Below are positions 1-10,117 of a stretch of 64,000 nucleotides of DNA, piece after piece (position 1 is the stretch's first letter; each line of letters starts with the position of its first letter). Origin of the DNA: Candidatus Zhuqueibacterota bacterium (GTDB lineage Bacteria; Zhuqueibacterota; Zhuqueibacteria; Thermofontimicrobiales; Thermofontimicrobiaceae). The notes below the pieces were generated by a model that was given only the letters and a program-made list of their open reading frames with translations, was not told the DNA's origin and did not search any database. The stretch covers positions 1 to 64,000 of the forward strand of contig JBMOPW010000030.1 of the NCBI GenBank assembly GCA_049322915.1, written 5' to 3'. Position numbers and translations under genes: made by a program.

Positions 1-2
1 CT

Positions 3-1274
3 GTTTTGTTCTATCCCCCCAAAAAATTGTGGAAGAACGAAAATCCCACTGTGATGGTCTTTGCCCAGCAGCACGGCAACGAGCCCTCCGGCAAAGAAGC
101 GCTGCTCATGTTTCTGCAAGAAATCAGATCGCAGCCGGGGAATCGCTATTTCGAAAATCTGAACCTGATCCTCCTCCCCATGGTGAACCCGGACGGCAAC
201 GAAGCGCATCGCCGGCGCAACAACAATGGCGTGGATTTGAACAGGAATCACGTGATCCTCACCGAGCCGGAGACGCAGTTGCTTCACGCGCTGTTCGAAA
301 AATACCGTCCGCACGTTACGCTGGATGTGCACGAATACGGCGGCGGCACCTGGCTGGAAGATGGCTACATCAAAGATTTGGGCGAGCAATTGGATTGCCT
401 CTCCAACCCGGCCATTCCGCGCGAGCTCAAGGATTTTGCCCTGGACAAAATTCTCTGGCCCACCATCGAAAGCACACGCGCGCGGGGGGTAAAGTCCAAC
501 CGCTATTTAATCACCAAAGGCTCGCCCCTGGATTATGTCCGCAACAGCACCACGGATATCGACGACGGCCGCAACAGCTTTGGCATTCAGCACACGCTTT
601 CTTTTATTGTGGAAGGACTCAACGGCTGGTCCAAAGAGGACAGAATCTGGCAGCGGGGCAAACACCAGCTCACGCTCATCCAGTCGTTTCTCACTACGTG
701 CAATGAAAACGCAGAGGATATTGTGAGCCTTGTGCAGAACGTCAGGGAAGAGCTGGGCAGCAATCCGCCGGATTCCATCTTTATCGAAGGCACCTATTTC
801 GCGGAAGACTCGAAACCGCTGGATGTGACGCTGATTCAAACCAGCGACATGCGCGAAAAAACAGTCACACTCCCTGAATATCGTGCGGAGCCGAAAGCTG
901 TCACCGCGGTGAAACGTCCTGCCGGCTACATCATCGAAGCGCCGGGCGAAGCTTTGCTGGTTTTGGTGAAAAACCATTTCTTCCCCCACGAAATTTTGGC
1001 TTCGAAAAAGAAATTTACTGTGGAGGAATTTCGTTTCACAGGCAGCGACACCCTGCACCACGAGGGCCGCGACACCATTGTCCCGGCCGGTGCGTTTCAC
1101 AAAATGAAAAAAACTTTTTCAAAGGGATCTTTATTCATCCCGGCTGGCAACATCCACGCCACGCAAATCGTACAAATTTTCGAACCGCGAAGTTTTTACG
1201 GGCTGTCGCATTACGAGGAATACCAGGATTTGTTGAACGATGGGATTTACCGGGTGTACCGGGTTTTGAAATGA
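3..1274 (+). CDS. M14 family zinc carboxypeptidase (5'-truncated by window edge)
   Basis: HGNEPSG, NPDG, DLNRNH and LDVHE motifs typical of M14. The frame is open to the window start. Confidence 0.85.
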   Translation, partial: VLFYPPKKLWKNENPTVMVFAQQHGNEPSGKEALLMFLQEIRSQPGNRYFENLNLILLPMVNPDGNEAHRRRNNNGVDLNRNHVILTEPETQLLHALFEKYRPHVTLDVHEYGGGTWLEDGYIKDLGEQLDCLSNPAIPRELKDFALDKILWPTIESTRARGVKSNRYLITKGSPLDYVRNSTTDIDDGRNSFGIQHTLSFIVEGLNGWSKEDRIWQRGKHQLTLIQSFLTTCNENAEDIVSLVQNVREELGSNPPDSIFIEGTYFAEDSKPLDVTLIQTSDMREKTVTLPEYRAEPKAVTAVKRPAGYIIEAPGEALLVLVKNHFFPHEILASKKKFTVEEFRFTGSDTLHHEGRDTIVPAGAFHKMKKTFSKGSLFIPAGNIHATQIVQIFEPRSFYGLSHYEEYQDLLNDGIYRVYRVLK

Positions 1275-1420
1275 TGACATCCCTTTCCTTCATCTTTGCC
1301 TGAGGTTCGCCTGTTATCCGCGTTAATTTTTCGAGCGGGAGATGAGGTGATGAAATCGCGTTTTTAAAATGGTTCAAACTACAGGATTCGTCCTGTCCAG
1401 GGGAGATTGAAGAAGAAATT

Positions 1421-2317
1421 TTAAACTTGCTGTTTATGTACCCGACCTTCGGCGATGATCGCAATGCTCACGCCGGTCAGAATCACCAGGCCGCCAATCA
1501 CTTTCATCAGGCTCAGCGACTCACCCAAAAAAATCACCGCGAGAATCGAGGCGCCGATGGGTTCGCCCAATAACAGGATGGATACGGCTGTGGCGGAAAA
1601 ATATTTCAGCGCCCAGTTGAAACTGGTGTGGCCAATGACTTGCGGGAAAAAAGCGATGGCGAAGAACAGCAGGTAATTTCGTCCGGAATAGCCTGTCAGT
1701 GCTGCGCCAGATGCGAGGGTGAGAAGCAGCAGGAAGACGGCGGTGAGCGAATACACAATGGTGACGTAGGGGAAGGTGTCCACAACCGCCCGAATTTTTC
1801 GGCCGGCGAGCAGGTAGCCGGCAGCGCCAAGAGCGCCTCCCAGCGCCAGCACATTGCCGAACAGGGTTCCCTGATTCATGGCAAAATCATGAATGCTGAT
1901 GCCGATGGCCCCGATCAGCGCGATGGCAATCCCCGAAATCATCAGCAGGGACGGGCGCTCGCGGAGAAATACCAAGCTGCCCAGTGCGACAAAGATGGGC
2001 GCGCTTTGCACCAGCACAACTGAACTGGCGACGGATGTATATTTCAATGAGGTGATCCAGGCGGAAAAGTGAATGGTGAGAAAGATCGCTGAAATGAACA
2101 TCATGCGGAAGCTGGAGCGCGAAATGCCCGCTCCGATTGGGCCGGCCTTGATTCGCGTGAATGCCACATAAAATAACGACGCCAAAACAAGACGGTAGGC
2201 GGCAATGACCAGGGATGGCGCATCGCTCATTTTGATGAAGATTGAAGCAAACGAGATGGATACCAATCCGAAGGCAATAATGATCAGTGCTGATTTTTGG
2301 GGAGATGTGTGAGCCAT
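1421..2317 (-). CDS. DMT/EamA family transporter
   Basis: About 10 TM segments in two EamA repeats (AAYRL, SLKYTSVASS, LGEPIGASIL). Start reassigned to the ATG at 2317 (MAHTSPQK); the longer ORF-track N-terminus overlaps the divergent gene. Confidence 0.9.
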   Translation of the reverse strand: MAHTSPQKSALIIIAFGLVSISFASIFIKMSDAPSLVIAAYRLVLASLFYVAFTRIKAGPIGAGISRSSFRMMFISAIFLTIHFSAWITSLKYTSVASSVVLVQSAPIFVALGSLVFLRERPSLLMISGIAIALIGAIGISIHDFAMNQGTLFGNVLALGGALGAAGYLLAGRKIRAVVDTFPYVTIVYSLTAVFLLLLTLASGAALTGYSGRNYLLFFAIAFFPQVIGHTSFNWALKYFSATAVSILLLGEPIGASILAVIFLGESLSLMKVIGGLVILTGVSIAIIAEGRVHKQQV

Positions 2318-2524
2318 TCTTGTTTCCGGGTCGTTTGAAAATTTTCCTCTGTAAACTGCCAGTGACTGACTTATGTTCCCGCTGCGCAGCCACCCGTCGG
2401 TCGATGATCGACAGCCTGACTTCATTTCCTGCAATTTTTTTATTGCATCCCAGAATAAAAAGTTTATATTATCTTCTGCTGTGATGATGGGACGGGTAAC
2501 TCGAATCTCACACACGGAGGGTTT

Positions 2525-5113
2525 ATGAAGCGACACGTTTTCGTCGTGATTTCCATCCTGCTGTTTCTTCCCCGCGCCTACGCCGGCATCACGTCGCCGG
2601 ACGATTTCCTGAAATTTCCATCTGGCGCTGACCGCCAGCTTGCTGACTATCATCAGATCGTTCACTATTTTGAAATGCTTGATGAACAATCCCCGAAATT
2701 GACCTTGATCAATCTGGGCAAGACCACTGAAAACAACGACATGGTTCTCGCCGTTATCTCTTCGGAAACCAACATTAAAAACCTGGAAATGCTCCGCGCC
2801 ATCAATGTCAGGCTGGCGCATCCTGAATCCATTCAGCCAGGCGAACTGGATCAGCTTCTGGCGCAGGGAAAAGTGACTGCGTTCATCACCAACAACATCC
2901 ATTCCACAGAAATCGCCTCCAGCCAGATGGCCATGGAATTCGCCTACCAGTTAGTGAGCAGCAACGATCCGGACATCCTTTTCTATCTGGATAATGTCAT
3001 TCTGCTGCTCATGCCGTCGGCCAATCCGGACGGACAATTGATGGTGACGGATTGGTATCGCACGTGGGTGGGCACAAAATACGAAGGCGGCAGCATGCCC
3101 TGGCTCTATCACAAATATGTGGGTCACGATACCAATCGCGATTTTTTCATGCTCAATCAGAAGGAATCGAAATTGATTAACCAGGTGATGAGTCAAACAT
3201 GGTTCCCGCAGGTTCATCTGGACGAGCATCAGATGGGCAGCAACGGGCCGCGGATGTTTGTGCCGCCGTACAAGGATCCCATGAGCCCGAACCTCTCCCC
3301 CAGGCTGATGCGAATGGAAGCGTTGTTCGGTTCATCCATGTCGTTCCGTTTGGAGGAAAAGGACAAAACCGGCGTCATCGATTCCTGGGTATTTGATTCC
3401 TACTGGCCGGGCGGAACGCGCACCGCCGCGTGGAAGAACATCGTCAGCCTGCTCACGGAAATGGCGAGTTGCCGCATTGCCACTCCGATCTTCATCGACC
3501 CGGTGGAATTATCCGCCGGGGGCAAAGGACTGGTGGATTACAAACAACAGGTGAATTTTCCCAGCCCCTGGCCTGGCGGCTGGTGGCGTCTGCGCGACAT
3601 CATGGATTACGAACTGATTGCCTCGTACAGTTTTCTGGAGACCTCGGCAAAATATCGGGAGGACATTCTCCGCGCGTTTTATTCCATGAATGTGGAATCC
3701 ATCGAAAAAGGCAAGAACGAGCCGCCGTACGGATTCATTATTCCAGAGCAGCAGCACGACCCGGTCACCGCGGCGAAACTCATCGAAATTCTGATGGCGC
3801 ACGGCATTTCTGTGCATCGCACGGATCAGGAATTTATCTGCGACGGCAAAATCTTTGAGCCCGGCAGTTACCTCATTCCGATGGCTCAACCGCTTCGGCC
3901 CTTCATCAGCGAGCTGCTGGATATTCAGGTGTTTCCAGAAATCCGGCTATCTCCCGACGGCGAACCGCTGCCGCCGTACGATGTCACCGCCTGGTGCCTG
4001 CCCATGCAGATGGGCGTGGCCTGCGAAAAACTGAATCGCCCCTTTTCGGTTCCCGCGACCCGACTGGAAAATCCGCCGTACATCAGACCTGATCCAGCCG
4101 GAACCAGCCAGTTCGGCTATGCCATTTCCCATCATTTCAACAACACGAGCATTGCCATCAACCGACTGCTGAAAAAGCGTATGAAGGTGTACGCCGCTGC
4201 CGAAGCGTTCGCCGATGGAGGCGCGACTTTTCCCGCCGGCACAATCATCATCAGGGATAAGAACATCCTGCCGGAACTCAGGGAATGCGCCGACGCGTTG
4301 TTCCTCCCCATTCATTCTATGAAGGGGCCGCTGCCCGACAAATTGGTGGAATTGCAGCCATTCAGGCTGGGCGTGTACAAACCGTGGCGGGCCAGCATGG
4401 ATGAGGGCTGGACCCGCTGGCTATTGGAGCAGTTCGAATTTGACGTGGTTTCGGTTGACAACGCCACGATCAGACAGGGCGAGTTGAACAAGAAATTCGA
4501 TGTGCTGCTGATTGCCGATATTTCTAAAAACACGATCATCGATCCGTCACCCTCTGCCGGCGGGGATTCCAAATATTATCATCCATTGCCGGAACAGTAC
4601 GAAGGCGGCATCGGCAAAGAAGGCGTCGATCATTTGAAGCGATTCGTGCAGCAGGGCGGCGCGCTGATCACGCTGGATGGCGGCTGCTCGCTTCCCATCG
4701 ATGAATTTCCGCTGCCGGCGACCAACACGGTCGGCAATCTCAGCCGTAGCGAGTTCAATGCGCCCGGCGTCATGTTGAAAATGACTGTTGATTCCAACCA
4801 CCCGATCGGTTGGGGCATGCCGGAAAATTTTGTCGGATTCTTCTCCAACAGTCAGGCATTCCGCGCCTCGAACGGATTTGATGGCGTGGAGCGCACCATC
4901 GTTGCCCGCTTTCCGGACGAGCCGTTACTGGCCAGCGGCTGGATCAACGGCGAAAAATATCTGCATCGCAAGGCAACCATTGTCGATTTTAAATTTGGAA
5001 AGGGAAAAGTCATCTTATTGGGATTCCGGGTGCAACATCGAGCGCAGCCGCACGGCACATTCAAATTGCTTTTCAACTCCATTCACTATAGCAAATTAAC
5101 GAGCGTACAATAA
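2525..5113 (+). CDS. Secreted M14 family metallopeptidase with C-terminal glutamine-amidotransferase-like domain
   Basis: Signal peptide; IHSTE, NPDG, GHDTNRD and DEHQMG motifs; C-terminal MDEGWTRW...FVQQGG...LGFRVQHRAQ region; GGAGG RBS. Confidence 0.85.
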   Translation: MKRHVFVVISILLFLPRAYAGITSPDDFLKFPSGADRQLADYHQIVHYFEMLDEQSPKLTLINLGKTTENNDMVLAVISSETNIKNLEMLRAINVRLAHPESIQPGELDQLLAQGKVTAFITNNIHSTEIASSQMAMEFAYQLVSSNDPDILFYLDNVILLLMPSANPDGQLMVTDWYRTWVGTKYEGGSMPWLYHKYVGHDTNRDFFMLNQKESKLINQVMSQTWFPQVHLDEHQMGSNGPRMFVPPYKDPMSPNLSPRLMRMEALFGSSMSFRLEEKDKTGVIDSWVFDSYWPGGTRTAAWKNIVSLLTEMASCRIATPIFIDPVELSAGGKGLVDYKQQVNFPSPWPGGWWRLRDIMDYELIASYSFLETSAKYREDILRAFYSMNVESIEKGKNEPPYGFIIPEQQHDPVTAAKLIEILMAHGISVHRTDQEFICDGKIFEPGSYLIPMAQPLRPFISELLDIQVFPEIRLSPDGEPLPPYDVTAWCLPMQMGVACEKLNRPFSVPATRLENPPYIRPDPAGTSQFGYAISHHFNNTSIAINRLLKKRMKVYAAAEAFADGGATFPAGTIIIRDKNILPELRECADALFLPIHSMKGPLPDKLVELQPFRLGVYKPWRASMDEGWTRWLLEQFEFDVVSVDNATIRQGELNKKFDVLLIADISKNTIIDPSPSAGGDSKYYHPLPEQYEGGIGKEGVDHLKRFVQQGGALITLDGGCSLPIDEFPLPATNTVGNLSRSEFNAPGVMLKMTVDSNHPIGWGMPENFVGFFSNSQAFRASNGFDGVERTIVARFPDEPLLASGWINGEKYLHRKATIVDFKFGKGKVILLGFRVQHRAQPHGTFKLLFNSIHYSKLTSVQ

Positions 5114-5150
5114 ATTCATTCATTTCACTATTTTTCTGGGAGGAAAAATC

Positions 5151-5804
5151 ATGGATAAACGCATGATGAACATTGTCTGGGGTATTGTCGTTACCCTGCT
5201 GGGCGTCATCCTGTTACTCATTACATCCGATGTTATTTTCACCGATGTCGACGCATCCTGGTTGTTCGGGATCGCTTTCTTTTTCAGCTTCATTATTTTC
5301 ATGGGTCTGTACATTTCGATGCATCGAAAACAGTTCTGGCCATTGATCCCTGGCATTACGTCGCTGGGACTGTGCATTCTCATTCTGGGAGAGAAAATCA
5401 ACGTCAGCCCGGATCTGGGAGCCGGCTTGTTCATGGGCTTCATCGGATTGAGTTTTCTGGCCATCTATCTTTTTCACCCCATGCACTGGTGGTCGATTAT
5501 CCCGGCCGGCATGATAGGAAGCGTGGCCTTTGTCATCATTTTCGGGAACACGCTGGGCGTCGGTCTCATGTTCCTGGGTATGGGCGCGACGTTCATCGCG
5601 CTCTATTTCATACTCAAAAACAAGCCGGATGAACACTGGTGGCCGCTGATTCCCGGCGGCATTTTGGCGTTCATGGGCATGCTCTTCCTGTTTTTTGACG
5701 ACGCTGAATTTGCAAATTTCGTGCTGCCGGTCTCGCTCATCATTGTCGGCGCAATTCTTCTCTTCCAGCAGCTCCGCAAGAAGAAGAATTCCGACAAGGC
5801 TTAG
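5151..5804 (+). CDS. Multi-pass membrane protein with three WPLIPG-like repeats
   Basis: About 8 hydrophobic helices; repeats FWPLIPG, WWSIIPAG and WWPLIPGG; GGAGG RBS. Confidence 0.75.
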   Translation: MDKRMMNIVWGIVVTLLGVILLLITSDVIFTDVDASWLFGIAFFFSFIIFMGLYISMHRKQFWPLIPGITSLGLCILILGEKINVSPDLGAGLFMGFIGLSFLAIYLFHPMHWWSIIPAGMIGSVAFVIIFGNTLGVGLMFLGMGATFIALYFILKNKPDEHWWPLIPGGILAFMGMLFLFFDDAEFANFVLPVSLIIVGAILLFQQLRKKKNSDKA

Positions 5805-5840
5805 TCGTCCCTCAATGCTCAGGAAGCGCTTCACTTTAAG

Positions 5841-5879
5841 ACCCGGCCGCGGCCAAAACGCGCTGCCGGGTTTTCATTT
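5841..5879 (+). terminator. Possible intrinsic terminator
   Basis: ACCCGGC-CGCG...CGCG-CT-GCCGGGT stem followed by TTTCATTT. Confidence 0.45.
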
Positions 5880-6085
5880 CTACCAACAGCACAGGTCCCA
5901 CCGTTCATTCGTCATCCAATGACCCATAAACAATAATAACTTTTCCGGCGATGCTGCGTAATCATCAGGTAAAAATTAAGGCTGCAATTTCGTGCTTGTT
6001 TTTTGTCTTCGAATTGACTAAATTTTCCCGGTGATTTTTCACTTCACTGAAGACACAATGTCGAAGCCAAATCAGGAGGATTCCC

Positions 6086-6601
6086 ATGTTCCGTATCTTT
6101 ACGCTGTTTGCCCTGCTTTCACTCATGCCGATTCTCGCCCTCGCCCAGGATGAAAAAGAATCGACCCTCACGACTGTCGGTCAGGCGGTCCCGGACTTTC
6201 AAGTAACGACCATCGCCAACGAACAACTCGATATTCAGAAAATGAAAGGCAAGACTGTATTGATCAATTTCTTCGCCACGTGGTGCGCGCCCTGCATGGC
6301 CGAGATGCCCCATCTTCAGAAAGAGATCCGGGAAAAATTCAAAAGCGACAACTTCGTCGTGATTGCGGTGGGACGCGAGCACAGTGCCGAAGAGTTGACC
6401 AAATTCAACAACGAAAAGGGCTTCACCTTTTTGATCGCCCCGGACCCCAAGCGGGAGGTCTATGGCAAATTTGCCAAGGCCTATATACCCAGAAATTATC
6501 TGATCGATAAAACAGGAAAGATCATTTACCAGTCGATCGGTTTCAATAAAGATGAATTCGAAGAACTTAAAGCGACCATTCAACGATCCATCAGCGAATG
6601 A
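6086..6601 (+). CDS. TlpA/ResA-like thiol-disulfide oxidoreductase (redoxin)
   Basis: Signal peptide; INFFATWCAPC active site; IPRNYLID cis-Pro region; AGGAGG RBS. Confidence 0.9.
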   Translation: MFRIFTLFALLSLMPILALAQDEKESTLTTVGQAVPDFQVTTIANEQLDIQKMKGKTVLINFFATWCAPCMAEMPHLQKEIREKFKSDNFVVIAVGREHSAEELTKFNNEKGFTFLIAPDPKREVYGKFAKAYIPRNYLIDKTGKIIYQSIGFNKDEFEELKATIQRSISE

Positions 6602-6672
6602 AATAATCGTCACCGGCGCTTGAAGCCACCGTGAATTCATTCCTAACCCGGACAAGGCATTACAAATAATGA

Positions 6673-6770
6673 AATAAAACGCGGATGATCCTCCTGAAAG
6701 ATGGCGGACTTGCCGCGCGGATGATCCTCCTGAAAGATTGGCGGATCGTCTGCGAAATCCGTGTTCTATT
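6673..6770. repeat. Small intergenic element with 14-bp imperfect terminal inverted repeats and an internal tandem repeat
   Basis: AATAAAACGCGGAT (6673) vs reverse complement of ATCCGTGTTCTATT (6757-6770), 12/14. CGCGGATGATCCTCCTGAAAGAT(T)GGCGGA occurs at 6680 and 6716. A related copy starts at 27613. Confidence 0.7.
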
Positions 6771-6942
6771 CAAAAAAGTGTTAAAATTTCACACTGCAAA
6801 ATAGTCAGTTATCATGTGTCCGATACAAATTGGTATGGTTTATCAAAATTTAAATGTGGCAATACTGCCGCAATCGTCGTTCAATCAGTTGAATAGTTCA
6901 CCCGGGCGGCAGCCAACGATCACAATTTTCCGGAGGTAAAAA

Positions 6943-9168
6943 ATGTCACGAATTTCACGTCATGCTTTTTTTCAGACAATCCTGGTCGCAGTGATCCTGT
7001 CTTTCATCTCCGGCTTGGCGCAGGAGAAAAAAACAATCACCGTGGAATGGATTTTCAGCGCCGAGAGCCGCAAGATCGCGACCGTGCCGCTCTGTCTCTG
7101 GTTGGAGGACGGATCTGCCCTGGTGTACGATACCCGAATTCCCATGGAAAAACGTACCTTTGAACGGCTGGATCCGAGAACAGGGATGCGCACGCCGCTC
7201 CTGGATCGGGAAAAGGCGATAGCCAGCGCTGCGTCGGTATTGCGGGAAGACCGCGCTCCAAAATTTATCATGTGGCCAACTTCGTTCGACGCAACCGGAC
7301 GCCAGGCAATCTATCTGGTTGACGGCGATATCTATCTGCTGGATGTGGTGAATGCCCAATTTCGCCGCATCACGGAGAGCCCGGCCGAGGAGAAATGCGT
7401 CAACTTCTCCCCGGATGGTCGATCTCTGGCCTTTGTGCGGGACAATGATCTGTACGTCCACACCATCGCCGCCGGCGTGGAAAAGAGGCTCACCCGCGAC
7501 GGTACAGAGACCCTTCTCAACGGCACACTTTCGTGGGTGTACTGGGAAGAAATTTTCGGCCGCCAGGATATTGGCTACTGGTGGTCCAATGATTCCAGAG
7601 ATATCGCGTTTCTGCAGACCGACGAATCCATGGTCAGTCTGATGCATTATGTCGATGTGCAACCGGACGTGCCACGCGTTCTCACGCAGCGCTATCCCAA
7701 AGCCGGCGGAGTCAATCCCAAAGTGCGCGTTGGCATGATCGAGATTGAAACCGGCCGGACCACCTGGGTCAAACTCGATGAAGCCCAATGGGAGTACATC
7801 GCCCGCGTCAATTGGCTGCCGGACAACAGGCAGCTCAGCGTTCAAACCATGAACCGCGAACAGACCGAGCTGGACATCTACTTCGCCGACCGATTCAATG
7901 GAAACGCGCGCCACATTTTGAAAGAGACGGATAACGCCTGGGTCAATATTCACGATGAACTGTTATTCCTGAAACAAGAAAAATCATTCATCTGGTCATC
8001 GGAGCAGGACGGCTATGCCCACCTCTATCGTTACACGTGGGACGGCAAGCTGGTCAATCAGATCACCAAAGGCGACTGGGCGGTTCGCGCTTCCGCCGGC
8101 GTTTACTGGCTGCGTCAGGCTATCGCGGCTGTCGACGAGAAAAGTGGCTGGGTTTATTTCACGTCGCTGAAGGAATCATCGCTGGAGAAACACCTGTATC
8201 GCATCAAACTCAACGGCAGTAATCTGCAAAAAATCACCCGAGCCGCCGGCACGCATGGCATTAATTTCCGGCCGGATGGTAAGTATTTCTTCGATACATA
8301 TTCCACCATCGGTACACCGCCTTCACTGGCATTGTATAAAAATGACGGCCAACTGGTGACTCTGTTGGCTGCTTCCAATACAGAACTCGCTGCCGGATAT
8401 GATTTGCAATACCCGGAACTGTTCACCGTGCCCACCCGCGACGGATTTCCCATGCCGGCATCATTACTCAAACCGAAGAATTTCGATCCATCGCGGAAGT
8501 ATCCCATTATTTTCAATGTTTATGGCGGGCCTTCAGCGCCCACAGTTGCCAATAGCTGGAGCTTTTCCATTTACTCGGATCAGATACTGCTGGACAATGG
8601 GTTCCTCGTCGCCAGTCTGGACAATCGCAGCGCCACCGCCATCAGCAAAATTCTGGAGAATCGCATCTATAAAAAAATGATGGGCGATGACGAATTGAAT
8701 GATCTGGTCGACGGAGTGAAATGGTTCAAATCGCTACCCTATGTTGATCCGGAAAGAGTCGGCATCTGGGGCTGGAGCGGAGGCGGGACATACACGCTGC
8801 TGGGGATGACAAAGTCCGAAGAATTCAAAGCCGGGATCGCTGTGGCCGCTGTGACTGATTGGCATTTCTACGATACGAAATGGGCGGAGACCGTGATGAA
8901 GACGCCGGAAGCCAATCCGGAGGGCTATGAAAGCACCTCGCTGTTGCGCAGCGCCAAAAACCTTCACGGCCGGTTGCTGCTCGTTCATGGCTCTTACGAT
9001 GACAATGTTCATATTCAAAACGCATGGCGATTCACCGACGAATTGATCAAAGCCAACAAGATGTTCGACATGATGATCTATCCCATGCGGCAGCACGGTA
9101 TTTCGGACCTGCCAGCCCGTATTCATCTGTACAGCCGCATGCTGGAATTCTGGCAGCGCAATTTGTAG
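6943..9168 (+). CDS. S9B dipeptidyl peptidase IV family protein
   Basis: Signal peptide; DPP IV N-terminal propeller (WVYWEE, YPKAG); GWSGGG nucleophile; DDNVH and H of the catalytic triad. Confidence 0.92.
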   Translation: MSRISRHAFFQTILVAVILSFISGLAQEKKTITVEWIFSAESRKIATVPLCLWLEDGSALVYDTRIPMEKRTFERLDPRTGMRTPLLDREKAIASAASVLREDRAPKFIMWPTSFDATGRQAIYLVDGDIYLLDVVNAQFRRITESPAEEKCVNFSPDGRSLAFVRDNDLYVHTIAAGVEKRLTRDGTETLLNGTLSWVYWEEIFGRQDIGYWWSNDSRDIAFLQTDESMVSLMHYVDVQPDVPRVLTQRYPKAGGVNPKVRVGMIEIETGRTTWVKLDEAQWEYIARVNWLPDNRQLSVQTMNREQTELDIYFADRFNGNARHILKETDNAWVNIHDELLFLKQEKSFIWSSEQDGYAHLYRYTWDGKLVNQITKGDWAVRASAGVYWLRQAIAAVDEKSGWVYFTSLKESSLEKHLYRIKLNGSNLQKITRAAGTHGINFRPDGKYFFDTYSTIGTPPSLALYKNDGQLVTLLAASNTELAAGYDLQYPELFTVPTRDGFPMPASLLKPKNFDPSRKYPIIFNVYGGPSAPTVANSWSFSIYSDQILLDNGFLVASLDNRSATAISKILENRIYKKMMGDDELNDLVDGVKWFKSLPYVDPERVGIWGWSGGGTYTLLGMTKSEEFKAGIAVAAVTDWHFYDTKWAETVMKTPEANPEGYESTSLLRSAKNLHGRLLLVHGSYDDNVHIQNAWRFTDELIKANKMFDMMIYPMRQHGISDLPARIHLYSRMLEFWQRNL

Positions 9169-9285
9169 TCGGATAATTTCGCGGGGCGATTTTTCAGTGC
9201 GGAATTAATGGGAAACATCGCCTCCCGCGCCTCGTAATACAAGCTGTCATGATTATGTAACTCCAACTATCGGAGCGAGAATAAA

Positions 9286-9657
9286 ATGGGTACAGCGAAT
9301 ACGAATAATTCCACGACCATCAAGCGCGATCAAAACATCTGGGCCATGCTCTGCCACATCAGTGTTTTCTCGGTGTTTTTCATCCCATTCGGCAATATCA
9401 TCAGCCCGCTGGCTATCTGGCTCATCAAAAAGGATGAGCTCCCGTTCGTCAATGATCAGGGCAAAGAGGTGGTGAACTTTCAAATCACACTGACGATTTA
9501 CGTCATCGCATCGGCGATCTTATCCATCCTGATCGTTGGAATTCCGTTTCTCATCGGATTCCTCATTTTCGGTTTTGTCGCCACCATCATCGCTGCGGTC
9601 AAAGCCAATGAAGGGCAGGCTTATCGCTACCCTCTGACGATCCGATTCATCGACTGA
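9286..9657 (+). CDS. DUF4870 family membrane protein
   Basis: WAMLCH...PLAIWLIKKD..FV..QGKEVVNFQIT...KANEG..YRYP pattern. Confidence 0.85.
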   Translation: MGTANTNNSTTIKRDQNIWAMLCHISVFSVFFIPFGNIISPLAIWLIKKDELPFVNDQGKEVVNFQITLTIYVIASAILSILIVGIPFLIGFLIFGFVATIIAAVKANEGQAYRYPLTIRFID

Positions 9658-9869
9658 ACGGTGCGGCAGACAGCGCCGGGGCAAAATCGGCGATGCGTTA
9701 TCTCTCCCTGCAATTTCATTTCTGTAGCGAACCGGCTGCGCTCTGTCATTGGCCTTATACCTCTGTTCGCGAATACAAACTGCCTCGCACAGGGCATTCG
9801 CCAGCTTCCTGCCAGTCTGCCGCACGGTTTACACACGTCACAGCGCCTTCAAATTTTTCAAACTTCCTC

Positions 9870-9898
9870 TTGAAATAGTTACTTTTTTATCGTACATT
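9870..9898 (+). promoter_or_regulatory. Putative sigma70 promoter
   Basis: TTGAAA-N17-TACATT. Confidence 0.5.
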
Positions 9899-10117
9899 GG
9901 TCTCCAAAATTCAGGCGGTGCTTCTCCGGCAATGCGCAGGGACGGATGACGCCCAACGCGCATGCCGGAGCCAGGGTTCACACCGCTGACTTTGCGGCTG
10001 AATAGTTTCAACATTTTTCAACCCACTGCCAATTCAACTGTGCAATAATCGGCGCGAACGGGCCGACTATGCCCGCTCTTTCGCACCCGTGAAAATTCTA
10101 CTGAGGAGACCCTATTC

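Noticed and set aside
2318..2902. N-terminal 194 aa of ORF 1421..2902
   Set aside because: Antisense overlap with the M14 peptidase; EamA similarity begins at Met 2317.
6680..6745. CRISPR array
   Set aside because: Only two units with a 7-bp gap, and no cas genes.
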